A DNA stretch of 64,000 nucleotides from a candidate division WWE3 bacterium (GCA_027002375.1 JALWZX010000011.1:18317-82316); one strand, 5' to 3'; shown: positions 38,871 to 48,631, counted from the stretch's first letter. A program made the numbers and translations. Notes: generated by a model from the letters alone, not told the origin.

Positions 38871-41114
38871 TTTGTTTATCTCATCAATCCCATAAACATA
38901 TAATCGATTTATCGCTCTAGTTGAAAAAACAAATAATCTTTTAGCAGAAATTGGGTTATTTGGATATAATTCTTTATTTGCATCTAATATAAAAACACTA
39001 TTAAATTCTAGCCCTTTTACCAAATCCCCAGGAACCAAGAATACACCATTATTACTAAATTCATCAAAAAACCTATCTACAAATACCAGGTCAAATTTAG
39101 CATCTTTATCTAACTTTTTACCTAAAGATTTTTCTGCATCTGCAAATTTCTTTGCCAACTTCTCAAATGTATCTTTTGCATTTTCACTATTAGGTTCTAT
39201 TATTCCAACAGCACGAAAGTCGCCGGCAAGTCGCATATTCACAACCTCTTTTACAACACTGTCTAACATTTCATCGTTATTATTAAATGTAGAAACCACA
39301 GGTTCGCTACCATGTCTATCAAATGGTTCAGGTAAATATGTAAAATCAGAAAACTTCTCTAGAATGCCCTTAGCAAATGTTATTATTTCTTTTGTTGTTC
39401 TGTAACTTATCTTAATATTGTAGTAATCAATATCATTTGAATCCCAAATATATTCTAAGTCTTGCCACGATTTCAAACTGCCATTGTCTTCTGTAGCTTG
39501 GTTTAAATCCCCCAAAATTGTGAATCCGTTTCCACGCACAAATGTATCTATCACTAAATAATTTAACAAACCTAAATCTTGAGCCTCGTCTACTATCACA
39601 TGCTTAAAACTTTTGTATGGCACTACGCCCCGCAATTTATACGCTATATAATAAACTGCCGATATATCATCAACACTCAATTGATTTTTGTTAAATTTTA
39701 TTTCAAAAGTATTTGGTACATAAGTAGACCGTAAGAATTCCCCATAAAACTTAATTGGGTCAAAAAGATTCAAAATCTTAGTTAATCGCCCAACAACAGA
39801 ATTTATACCCCTTAAACGACCCAATACAGCAGTATTACCCTGCTTATATTCTTCTGAATGGGCATCTGCGTCATCAGAATACGCATCGATCATATCAGAA
39901 ATTATGTCGTACGGCGCACGTATATCATATCTTGTAAAATATCTGTTCATTGAAAGATCGTTATATTGTGGAATTCTATCGATTTCCTTTTTTATGTAAT
40001 TCTTTTTATACTCGACAAATCTCTTTAACCCCTCTATAAACTCTATTGAATTCTTTTGTTTGCTATATTCATCTTTATGATTAAACGTTCTGCGAGAATC
40101 TATTTCGTAACCGAATCCCTTTAAAGACTTACGAATAAAACTTGTAAGCGTATTTCTGGCCAATGAGTAAATTTCTAGCTCAGGTAATGTTTGTGCCACA
40201 TAATTAACCAAAACCTTAGACGAAGACAGTAAAAGTGTATTATGTTCTGTTAAATAATCTTTGTATGTGTAAAAGAGATAAGACATTCGATGTATGGCTA
40301 CGGTTGTTTTTCCAGAGCCGGCGGTGCCTTGAACTACACAAATTCTAAACGGGTCTGATCTAATTATCTCATCTTGTTCTTTTTGAATGGTTCTGACAAT
40401 ATCTTCTAAGGCACCGCCGGCCTTTTTATTCAATTCACTAGACAGCAAGTCAATTCTTAAACTGTTATCGTAAATCGCAAGTAAATTATCATGCGAAACT
40501 TCTATATTTCGCCTCAATTGTAGTGCACCTTGAACTGTTCTATGCTCTTTTACCCACGGCTTACCCTCCACATCAACAGGAAAATCGTAAAATGCTTCTT
40601 TAGTAGGCTCTGTATAATTATAATATAGTGAAGCAATAGGTGAACGCCAATCCATAACCTGATATTCGCCATCTTTATGGTAGAAAGCATGTTTGCCTAT
40701 ATATAGAGACATAGTTTGACTTCCACCAAAAGTTTGCATACTGAAATTCGACTTCTCATTATCGCTTCTGTTAGCACTAACCCCAGTAGGCAAAAAATCA
40801 ATACGTGCAAAATATACCCTTTGCAATTGACCCTCTAATCTTTCAACAAATAATTTTAGAAACTGGTAACTTCGGGCTTCGAAGGTGTAATTAAGAGATT
40901 TTATCAAATCAACAGCGTCATCTTGCTTACCTTCTTTTGCAGCCTCTTTTAGGCCTTCTGCATAAAACTGTTCGAGTTTTTTTACTCTTCCACTATAAAC
41001 AGTATATTCCTGCCTTACTCTATTATATGTTTCTTTAAGATGATTTTCTTCTAACTTATATATATCGCCGTCCTCACCGCTATTCTTTTTTTTATTACGG
41101 GGAACTCTAGACAT
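38850..41114 (-). CDS. helD: HelD-like SF1 helicase (RNA polymerase recycling factor family)
   Basis: YFARIDF, LYIGK, DWRSPIASLYY, DIVRTIQKEQDEIIR, QGTAGSGKTTVAIHR, VIVDEAQD, GDLNQ, SYRTT.EI, KGLEF. Confidence 0.85.
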   Translation of the reverse strand: MSRVPRNKKKNSGEDGDIYKLEENHLKETYNRVRQEYTVYSGRVKKLEQFYAEGLKEAAKEGKQDDAVDLIKSLNYTFEARSYQFLKLFVERLEGQLQRVYFARIDFLPTGVSANRSDNEKSNFSMQTFGGSQTMSLYIGKHAFYHKDGEYQVMDWRSPIASLYYNYTEPTKEAFYDFPVDVEGKPWVKEHRTVQGALQLRRNIEVSHDNLLAIYDNSLRIDLLSSELNKKAGGALEDIVRTIQKEQDEIIRSDPFRICVVQGTAGSGKTTVAIHRMSYLFYTYKDYLTEHNTLLLSSSKVLVNYVAQTLPELEIYSLARNTLTSFIRKSLKGFGYEIDSRRTFNHKDEYSKQKNSIEFIEGLKRFVEYKKNYIKKEIDRIPQYNDLSMNRYFTRYDIRAPYDIISDMIDAYSDDADAHSEEYKQGNTAVLGRLRGINSVVGRLTKILNLFDPIKFYGEFLRSTYVPNTFEIKFNKNQLSVDDISAVYYIAYKLRGVVPYKSFKHVIVDEAQDLGLLNYLVIDTFVRGNGFTILGDLNQATEDNGSLKSWQDLEYIWDSNDIDYYNIKISYRTTKEIITFAKGILEKFSDFTYLPEPFDRHGSEPVVSTFNNNDEMLDSVVKEVVNMRLAGDFRAVGIIEPNSENAKDTFEKLAKKFADAEKSLGKKLDKDAKFDLVFVDRFFDEFSNNGVFLVPGDLVKGLEFNSVFILDANKELYPNNPISAKRLFVFSTRAINRLYVYGIDEINKLLSPIS

Positions 41115-41225
41115 CTAATTAAATTATCACACATTACTCGAAAGCACAACCTACTATTGTGCAATAATCCTAATCAAATTAAGCATATTTTGCATTGGAA
41201 AATATCTTCATTCACCTATACCTAT

Positions 41226-42089
41226 CTATTTACACTCACCATCAAATTTCTCTTGATCCTTCCAATTTCCACCGGCGTACGTATCTAGCCATTCCACTAG
41301 ATCACTACTCATGTCTTCTTCGTTTATGTTGAGTTGATTATTTGTAATATCAAATTGACCTTTTGCCAAAGATTCTAAAGCTGTAACATCTTCTGGTATA
41401 TCACACGACAATTTATTTTTCTGAGCATGAAACACTTTTAACTTTTTGAGGTTAGATATAGATTGTGGAATATTACCTTCAATCGCATTGTTCGCAATAG
41501 AAAGCATCTTTAACTCAGACAGATTTCCTATCTTCTCGGGAATTTCACCCCTGATATTATTTTGGTATATCTCAAGATATTCTAGGTTAGTCATATCTGC
41601 GAATTCACTTGCAAATTCCCCTTCAAACTCATTCATACTTATATTTAATTTTTTCAAACCGGTTAGAGTAGAAAACATTTCAACATCACCACTCAATTTA
41701 TTATTGCTTAAATCAAGAACCTGCAAATTTTCTAGCTTTTCCAAATCATTTGGCACCTTACCACTTAATTCATTCCCTGATAAATTTAAGGTTTGTAGAC
41801 CAGACAATACTGACAACCCCACAGGAATTTTACCTATCAAATTATTTTCACGTAAATCTAAATTAACCACATGTTTTTTGTCGTCACTACATTCTATGCC
41901 ATACCAATTACATACGCTCGTATCTGCAACCCAACCCGTATTATCTTTCCACTCTTTACCATTAGTTTCGTCAAAAAGCTTAGCCAATACAACACACTCC
42001 TCTTTTGACACATCAGCCACTTTTGTGCATACCACTGCTACATCACCAGCCTCGGTTAATTCACACGCCGAAGGTGAAACCGAATTATC
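41226..42089 (-). CDS. plant-type leucine-rich-repeat domain; in-frame continuation of CDS 42090-44144 past a TGA
   Basis: LRR N-cap (LAKLFDETNGKEW...VCNWYGIEC) and LxLxxNxLxGxIP repeats; no signal peptide; the 54 nt between the TGA and the ORF-track GTG start (42035) stay in frame. Confidence 0.8.
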   Translation of the reverse strand, partial: DNSVSPSACELTEAGDVAVVCTKVADVSKEECVVLAKLFDETNGKEWKDNTGWVADTSVCNWYGIECSDDKKHVVNLDLRENNLIGKIPVGLSVLSGLQTLNLSGNELSGKVPNDLEKLENLQVLDLSNNKLSGDVEMFSTLTGLKKLNISMNEFEGEFASEFADMTNLEYLEIYQNNIRGEIPEKIGNLSELKMLSIANNAIEGNIPQSISNLKKLKVFHAQKNKLSCDIPEDVTALESLAKGQFDITNNQLNINEEDMSSDLVEWLDTYAGGNWKDQEKFDGECK

Positions 42090-44144
42090 TCAAGTGTATC
42101 CTTTTTCAACTTCACACAAAGAAGAACATCCATCAGAATTTGACAAATTACCATCATCACACAGTTCACCTTCGTCTATAACACCATTGCCACATAAACT
42201 TTCTTCAATACCACCATTATTCGTATCATTACCACCTATCCCATCATCGTTTCCATCACTGTTTTCATCGTCATTTTCATCATCGTCGTTAAGTGTAGCC
42301 ATTTCATCATCTGACATTTCGTTAACAGAAATAGATTTCACAGTCGCTACGGTTTTTGACTTTGTGGTTAAAACATATAACTCATCAGGTACAAAATCGT
42401 CAGTCGTTTCCAAATAATCTGACTTATTTGGTTCAAATATCTTAGACTGGTTACTCAACGAATCTTTCAAAATAACCTGAACGCCTCCACTTTCTATATC
42501 AGCATCAAAACGAACCTCGTAATACTTATTTTCTGCCAACAAAATGTCTTGATATATACCACTACCCTGTCTTTCACTTTCTATCTTCTGAAAACCATTG
42601 CCAGCTTCATAATGTCTATACGACACATTAGCATCCGTAAACTTAGGATACACCTGCCATCCTTTAGCTATCGTGCCGAAGTCACATGGCTCAGCATTAT
42701 CACCTGTAGTCTCATCTGCAACTGCACATACACGATATTTTATCGTAAAGTTGGGTCTCAAATCTTCTTTTGAATCATACGAATAGATAATCTGTGAACC
42801 ATCCGTACCATTACCCTTAGCTTCAAGTATCATTCCGTTATTGTCTTCTGGGTTACTTGTCCAATCTATTGTCAAAAACCTCAAATCTGCTTCATACTTA
42901 CCTGTATTGTTCACATCATTTAACACAGACGCAATCCCGTTTACGTCATTATCACCATTTGCACCAGGCACTTCCCACTTTTCAGAAGAATTTACATCAA
43001 TCCATGTAACATCCTTAATACTATCGTGCCAGTTTTTAGAGACACCCATAAATCTATAAACATTATCGACATCTCCAGAATTTTTAACATTAAAAGTGAA
43101 TGTAGCACTATCTATAATTGCATTACGGGGAATTTCAGCGAGATCCCAATAAAACAATGGCTTGTCAACGTTTGCCCCAACCATCAATTCTTCTTTGTCA
43201 CTAAAATTTTTGTCGTTTGACGAACCGCTTATATACGTATCGTTCCCACGAAAAGTTTTCTCACCTTTTTCGCATACAACGTGAACAGGCTTCAAATCAC
43301 CGCTTAAATCTTCTTCTATTCCATCGTCATCACCACTATCATCTATATTATCACTATCTTCATCGCCCGTATTATCTGTATCATCATTAGCATCTCCATT
43401 ATCGATCCCGTCAGAATCTGAACTATCTTCTTTATATTCGACAGATAATGTTGGTTCCTTTTCACCATTCTCAGAAGACCAAAATGTATAATCCTTATCA
43501 ACAGCATCTGTAACAAGCAAAACACCATAGTTACCATTACTTATTTGCTCGCTAACGATATCCGTAATATCAACTAATGTTGTATTTCCGTCTTTATATA
43601 TATAACCTTCTCCATGTGCTGTATTTAAAAACTCATTAACCAATTCGTTCCCGCTAATTGGCGGTAAGGGCCCACTGATTGCACCAACAGGATTAAACTT
43701 TTCGCCATCATACGTTCCAAGCAATTTTATAATCTCTTGTACATCTTGTTTTTTACTGTTCCACGATTCATCGAGCATGAAAGCGTAAATTTTGTTGGTT
43801 TCCTTATCAAAATTTTCAGTCGGCATTAACCTAACAGTAGCCTTCAAAATAGTTTTGTTAGAATCTAAATTTGCTAAATCAAACTTAATATACGAGACAG
43901 TCTCGCCACGCTTAAAATGAAGCATGTTATCTGTATATTCAGAACCATCTTTTGCATAGCTCTCATCCTCACTAGCCAGAATGCTCAAGCTATCAGTACC
44001 CAACACAGCCTTTTTATAACTATCAGACACCTCAGCATGTATAGTGCCAATGTTGTAAAAAGAATATAAGCCTACGATAAGCACAAAGGATAAAATTCCT
44101 GATAATGAAGTTTTAATGTTTTTTAAAAGTCTTTTTCTGGGCAT
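42090..44144 (-). CDS. secreted protein with two DNRLRE domains, CBM-like half-domain and Myxococcus Cys-rich (DUF4215-like) repeat
   Basis: Signal peptide (IHA-E), YIKFDL/ILKATVRL/PTLSVEY and DTYI/LFYWDL/NNGMIL/PNFTIKY, CGNGVIDEGELCDDGNLSNSDGCSSLCEVE; ends at a TGA inside the Cys-rich motif. Confidence 0.85.
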   Translation of the reverse strand: MPRKRLLKNIKTSLSGILSFVLIVGLYSFYNIGTIHAEVSDSYKKAVLGTDSLSILASEDESYAKDGSEYTDNMLHFKRGETVSYIKFDLANLDSNKTILKATVRLMPTENFDKETNKIYAFMLDESWNSKKQDVQEIIKLLGTYDGEKFNPVGAISGPLPPISGNELVNEFLNTAHGEGYIYKDGNTTLVDITDIVSEQISNGNYGVLLVTDAVDKDYTFWSSENGEKEPTLSVEYKEDSSDSDGIDNGDANDDTDNTGDEDSDNIDDSGDDDGIEEDLSGDLKPVHVVCEKGEKTFRGNDTYISGSSNDKNFSDKEELMVGANVDKPLFYWDLAEIPRNAIIDSATFTFNVKNSGDVDNVYRFMGVSKNWHDSIKDVTWIDVNSSEKWEVPGANGDNDVNGIASVLNDVNNTGKYEADLRFLTIDWTSNPEDNNGMILEAKGNGTDGSQIIYSYDSKEDLRPNFTIKYRVCAVADETTGDNAEPCDFGTIAKGWQVYPKFTDANVSYRHYEAGNGFQKIESERQGSGIYQDILLAENKYYEVRFDADIESGGVQVILKDSLSNQSKIFEPNKSDYLETTDDFVPDELYVLTTKSKTVATVKSISVNEMSDDEMATLNDDDENDDENSDGNDDGIGGNDTNNGGIEESLCGNGVIDEGELCDDGNLSNSDGCSSLCEVEKGYT

Positions 44145-44347
44145 GTTACACCTTTGGGATAAGTATATTTAACTTCAACAGAGCCTTCTGTAAAAGACCC
44201 ATTGTTAACTCTTTCTGTGGTTTTGTCTGTTCCTGCTTCTTGCTTAGTATTAACGACTTGCATAGCTGAATAAATTACAACAGGTAATGCTAAAAACAAA
44301 AAGACTGCTATTGCTATTTGTTTTTTGCTAAGTGAAGTGCTTTGCAT
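44123..44347 (-). CDS. small membrane-anchored protein carrying the N-terminal strand of a CBM-like domain
   Basis: TM IAIAVFLFLALPVVIY; RVNNGSFTEG...VTCPE resembles KIVNGDFEGG...GVCPD of the 2268-aa protein; overlaps the next ATG (44144) by 22 bp. Confidence 0.7.
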   Translation of the reverse strand: MQSTSLSKKQIAIAVFLFLALPVVIYSAMQVVNTKQEAGTDKTTERVNNGSFTEGSVEVKYTYPKGVTCPEKDF

Positions 44348-44414
44348 ATTACATATATTTTACACTATATATTTAGGAAATCAAAATCTATGCAACATAC
44401 ATTGAATTCCTTTA

Positions 44415-44533
44415 TAAGTTTGGCGATAATGAAACCACGGGCTTCAGCCCGTGGTTTCTTATCAGCAATTACTCTATATTGACTAACTCCATCCACACAT
44501 TAAAGCGCGTATTTTTAAGTTTGGCGATAATAA
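44415..44533 (+). repeat. repeat family A, most intact copy
   Basis: Perfect hairpin GAAACCACGGGC-TTCA-GCCCGTGGTTTC (44431-44458) plus core; 16-bp direct repeat TAAGTTTGGCGATAAT at 44415 and 44516. Confidence 0.9.
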
Positions 44534-44560
44534 ATTTAAAATATAGTAAACCATTCTTGA

Positions 44561-44589
44561 TTGACATATTAGTGTGGCAACTGTAAATT
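44561..44589 (+). promoter_or_regulatory. sigma70-type promoter
   Basis: TTGACA (44561-66), 17 nt, TAAATT (44584-89), 8 nt before ATG 44598. Confidence 0.65.
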
Positions 44590-44597
44590 ACTATATT

Positions 44598-45893
44598 ATG
44601 AACGGAAAAATAATATTTACAACTCTAACCATCTTTGTAGTATCAGTAGTGGCGCTCGTTTTTATTAAAGACTTTAAAAATCGACGGGATGCAAAAACAG
44701 TTTATGTTGGACCAACAAAAGTTCTATGCCTAAGTAACAGGTTACAACGATGTTACCAAATAAAAGAAAATGAAAATGATGATTACAAATTATTCAATGG
44801 TACTATTCGAAACTTCTCATATGTACCAGGTTATGAATATAAATTACTCGTAGATGAAGTAACAGTTGAAAACATAAACAATGGTCAAAAATTTGTAACG
44901 TACGACTTGTATAAGCAAGTAGAGAAAAAAGAAGTTCCCTATGTATTAACAGTAACTCCAAACGATGGGCAAGTATTACCAATAAACAGATCATTCACGG
45001 TGGCAGGAAAAGCAAGAGGTGTATATGAAGGAAACATAGTAATAGAAGCTAAAGACCTAAAAGGCAACTTGCTAGCAAGAGTTCCCACAACAATGCCAAC
45101 AGACAAGCCAGGTGCAGAATCTGTCTGGCAAGCGCAATTATCGGTAAATACAAAACCTGGAACCAAAGCATTAATTGTAGCTTACTCACCTAGCCCGGCG
45201 AACGAATCAGAAACTAAAAAAACAGATGAAAACAAAAACAATGAACAAGACACACAAAAGAAAGACGAAAATAACAACCAAGACGCTCAAAAAGCAACTG
45301 TTAACCCACTATCTTACTCAACAATAGTTGTTTTTGATCCAAAAGCAAAAGCAATTCCTGTTCAAACATCTTTAGAAAATACATCATGGCTTTTAAAGTC
45401 GTACAAAACTCCAAACGGAACAGAGATAAAACAAGCGTCACAAACAACACCGGTAACAGCAACCTTCTTAAACGGTAAAATTGGCGGAACTTCAGGATGC
45501 AATAACTACCAAGCCAGTTACGAAACAAAAGGGGACACAATAACTGTAGGGCCAATAGCATCTACACGAAAAGCTTGTGAGGATAATGTAAATAAATTAG
45601 AAAACGATTACCAATTAAGCCTGCAATCTGTTGCTTACTATCAAGCACAACCAACATCTCTAATACTTTATAATTCACAAAGAGTACCTTTGCTAGAATA
45701 TACTAGAGTAATAAGAAGAAAACAGACACCAAATCAAGATCAAAATACAAGCGATCAGCAAGATGCCAACAAAGAAAATACAGACGACAATACACAACAA
45801 TCAGAAGATATGAATAACGACAAACAAGATACAAACAAGCAAACTGATCAAGAAAAAACTGATCAGAACACGAATGATCAACAACAAAATTAA
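44598..45893 (+). CDS. membrane-anchored DUF4377-like + Gmad2-type Ig-like + META domain protein
   Basis: CYQIKE...FSYVPGYEYKLLV (DUF4377-like); VAGKARGVYEGNI (Gmad2-like); LENTSWLL, GTSGCNNY, ASTRKAC (META/HslJ); D/Q/N-rich tail. Confidence 0.85.
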   Translation: MNGKIIFTTLTIFVVSVVALVFIKDFKNRRDAKTVYVGPTKVLCLSNRLQRCYQIKENENDDYKLFNGTIRNFSYVPGYEYKLLVDEVTVENINNGQKFVTYDLYKQVEKKEVPYVLTVTPNDGQVLPINRSFTVAGKARGVYEGNIVIEAKDLKGNLLARVPTTMPTDKPGAESVWQAQLSVNTKPGTKALIVAYSPSPANESETKKTDENKNNEQDTQKKDENNNQDAQKATVNPLSYSTIVVFDPKAKAIPVQTSLENTSWLLKSYKTPNGTEIKQASQTTPVTATFLNGKIGGTSGCNNYQASYETKGDTITVGPIASTRKACEDNVNKLENDYQLSLQSVAYYQAQPTSLILYNSQRVPLLEYTRVIRRKQTPNQDQNTSDQQDANKENTDDNTQQSEDMNNDKQDTNKQTDQEKTDQNTNDQQQN

Positions 45894-45965
45894 AAAGATC
45901 AAAATACTGATCAATGAATGAGTCAAAATACAAACGAATGATTTCTAAATTAATACGAATTTAGA

Positions 45966-45999
45966 AAAAAAGGGGTGGCATTTCATGCCACCCCTTTTT
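45966..45999. terminator. bidirectional rho-independent terminator
   Basis: AAAAAGGGGTGGCAT-TTC-ATGCCACCCCTTTTT. Confidence 0.85.
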
Positions 46000-46136
46000 C
46001 GTTTTCGTCAAGCGATAGCAACTGTGCACAGCGATCGCAATGGAAATACTTAAACTTCCTCTACAAACAGCAAGCGCAATACAATATTTAAACCTTGATT
46101 CAAGTTGATTTTATATATAGAATCAACACAATAATT

Positions 46137-47591
46137 ATGAGCAACAAAAATGGCTCATACAAAATAAAATCTCTAGATGAGCGCGATCATCTATGTACAA
46201 AGGCAGTAAATCTGAGAGAATCCGGTAATCTTAAAAAGTCGTTAATATTATTTGAGCGAATCAAAAATTTTGATCAAAAGCATAATAGGCATGAGCCCCT
46301 AATAGATATTTTAGGACATATTAGAATCGTATACACACGCCTCGCAGAATCATCATCATGCAAAAGTAAAAAATTACATTATCTTTACAACGCGCTACAA
46401 GCATTAAATGATGCAACAAACGTTTGTACAAGCCACCCATCAATCAGCATAGAAACTCAGTCAGTACTTCATGCCCACATTTCAAGTGTAATACTAAAAT
46501 TGTCATTGCTAGAAGATTATGATAACTACAAAAAGAACAAACTGTTAAATTCAGCCTTAGAACACATAGAGAAATCAATCAAAAACATTCCTGGATCGAT
46601 CGCACATAAGGCTTGGCCAGCAAATACTAAAGCACAAATATTATTAGAACTTGGCAATATAGAAGAAGCATTAACAACAGTAAAAAGTGCAGAAACATGG
46701 TTAAAAACAGGGAAAAACGCTGAACTGTCCTCGAATGATGCAACCTCTCATATAAAATTAGATGTTTGGACAACAGGATTATATTTAACAAAGGCAAAAA
46801 TCTACATGGCCGAATTAAAACCGATTTTAGCAAAATATTATATAGATCTAGTACTAGACTACCCGACCATAGAAAATCATCTTGAAGAACGAAAAAAAGA
46901 TGCTCAGATCCTTTTAGATAAACTAAAAGAAAAGTTTTGGTATTTAGACATATTGGAAACAAATCTAAAACCGACAAATCTAACCATAAAATCGAGCGTA
47001 TATGAGAGAAACTTAACACTTGAATCATATATTAAAAATCAACTCGCGTCTGCACCAAATCAAACACCGCTTTCCCTAGAATCCATAAAATTCTGGGACA
47101 CATATAACAATAACCCTATAGGTAAAATAGAAACCTCACTGGCAGAACTATATGTAAATTCCCATAAAAAAATCTCATCAAATAACCATAAGAATAACAC
47201 AAAAGACAATTTTGAAATAGACGAAATAAGTAATAGGTATCTTAAGATAGCCTATATACAAAAAGAAATCAACTATTCCCAAGTTAGCGATATAAATCAA
47301 CTGCGAAAGTATCTAACGGTCTTAAATACACTCACGGACACGAATGATGAGCTACGCGTTTATTCCACGCAACTACAAGCGCATATATTATATATGCTTC
47401 ACAGAACTAGAGAGTCTTTAGAAACATTAAGTTATTCGGCAAATCTACTCAATAACTTGAAAAACGAAACCGACTACTACAAGATATTAAAAATAAATGA
47501 ATCAAAAAGTTACATAAAAATATATTCATCAGAAAAAGAAGGGAAACTTCTAAAAAAGCACCTACACAATATAGATAACCTACTGAAATGA
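46137..47591 (+). CDS. all-helical TPR-like hypothetical protein
   Basis: TPR-like patterns (KAQILLELGNIEEAL; QAHILYMLHRTRESL); ATG 46137 preferred over TTG 46095. Confidence 0.7.
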   Translation: MSNKNGSYKIKSLDERDHLCTKAVNLRESGNLKKSLILFERIKNFDQKHNRHEPLIDILGHIRIVYTRLAESSSCKSKKLHYLYNALQALNDATNVCTSHPSISIETQSVLHAHISSVILKLSLLEDYDNYKKNKLLNSALEHIEKSIKNIPGSIAHKAWPANTKAQILLELGNIEEALTTVKSAETWLKTGKNAELSSNDATSHIKLDVWTTGLYLTKAKIYMAELKPILAKYYIDLVLDYPTIENHLEERKKDAQILLDKLKEKFWYLDILETNLKPTNLTIKSSVYERNLTLESYIKNQLASAPNQTPLSLESIKFWDTYNNNPIGKIETSLAELYVNSHKKISSNNHKNNTKDNFEIDEISNRYLKIAYIQKEINYSQVSDINQLRKYLTVLNTLTDTNDELRVYSTQLQAHILYMLHRTRESLETLSYSANLLNNLKNETDYYKILKINESKSYIKIYSSEKEGKLLKKHLHNIDNLLK

Positions 47592-47624
47592 CAAGAAGAG
47601 CCTACAGGGTTTTATGAAAAATAA

Positions 47625-48062
47625 TTATCTTTCTATCACTAAAAGTGTAACAGGCAATACGGTATCGTCAAATTTACTTGGCGTAGTAACAATCAAATTA
47701 ACCCTTGAGTTTTCATGCTGTTTTGCAACTCTAAACCCCTTATCTTCATACTCTACAGGCAACACAACAGTTATCATTGCATCATCTTTTATCTGTATAC
47801 CATTAAGCACATCATAAAAAGTTTGAGTTCTATCTTTCGTTAAATTTAAATCAATATCAATTCGTCTCTCTCTCAAATTGTCAATATCAGTACTATTCGT
47901 CGAATCTTCTTTATTCACGACTGTAAATGTTTTCTGCGCACCAAGTACACTACTCTGTGGTTTGTCGTACTCGATAAATCCAGATGCCAAATATGGCAAT
48001 GTAAACAAGCCAAACAACATTAGAACCAATACTGAATTTTTTATCAAACTTTTATTTTTCAT
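47625..48062 (-). CDS. hypothetical exported protein
   Basis: N-terminal TM followed by SVLGA; start overlaps the upstream stop (ATGA). Confidence 0.75.
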   Translation of the reverse strand: MKNKSLIKNSVLVLMLFGLFTLPYLASGFIEYDKPQSSVLGAQKTFTVVNKEDSTNSTDIDNLRERRIDIDLNLTKDRTQTFYDVLNGIQIKDDAMITVVLPVEYEDKGFRVAKQHENSRVNLIVTTPSKFDDTVLPVTLLVIER

Positions 48063-48631
48063 GATACTATATCCTTTTTGAGTTGATCTATTGTAACTAC
48101 ATTAACTACTTGATTATCAGTATTTTTCTTTGGGGAAACCTCTCGTTCAACGTCAACGACTAACAAAACTGTAGCCACAACCGATGCAATTAAAGAAAAC
48201 CAAAAAACAGACCAATATGATAACGCATAAAAAGATTGAACACCAAACATAATTGTTAATAACCATGCATAAGATAGCCAAATAAATGCCTGCGAAAAAA
48301 TCGTCTCAGAATTATGAATTAAACCTTGCATATTAGAATTGTATAATTTTGCAGATAATGACGGTGTAACATGTGTATCATGAAAAACATGCGCCTTTAC
48401 AACAACCCAAATCAATCCTCCCAAAACAGAAGCTAGCATAAAATAAGAAGAATATGAATTAATCGCGATAAAATTCTCAAAATTTTCGAACGACAATCTA
48501 ACACCATCGACGGCATAATCAGCTTGAAAATAATGTGTTAAAAAGACAATCCCTATAATTTTGGCAGCAACTATCAAAACTGCTGGAAATATTGCGTAAT
48601 CAATGAGTTTTATTAATGTTTTAGAAAACAT
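48059..48631 (-). CDS. hypothetical 4-TM membrane protein
   Basis: KLIDYAIFPA, FHDTHVTP, four hydrophobic segments. Confidence 0.8.
   Translation of the reverse strand: MFSKTLIKLIDYAIFPAVLIVAAKIIGIVFLTHYFQADYAVDGVRLSFENFENFIAINSYSSYFMLASVLGGLIWVVVKAHVFHDTHVTPSLSAKLYNSNMQGLIHNSETIFSQAFIWLSYAWLLTIMFGVQSFYALSYWSVFWFSLIASVVATVLLVVDVEREVSPKKNTDNQVVNVVTIDQLKKDIVS

Noticed and set aside
42090-42092. Genome-wide UGA recoding (code 25 or 4) as the explanation for the in-frame TGA
   Set aside because: TGA ends other genes normally (17319, 37307, 47591, 58006, and the ATGA stop/start overlap at 48059-48062), long genes are intact under code 11, and the expected residue is Cys rather than Gly or Trp
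41446-42417. 323-aa plus-strand ORF
   Set aside because: Antisense shadow of the LRR/Cys-rich gene; Ser/Phe/Leu-rich with no motifs
44118-44144. Programmed -1 frameshift fusing the 74-aa and 684-aa ORFs
   Set aside because: No canonical X-XXY-YYZ heptamer in the right frame, and the downstream ORF has its own ATG and signal peptide; a sequencing indel is not excluded
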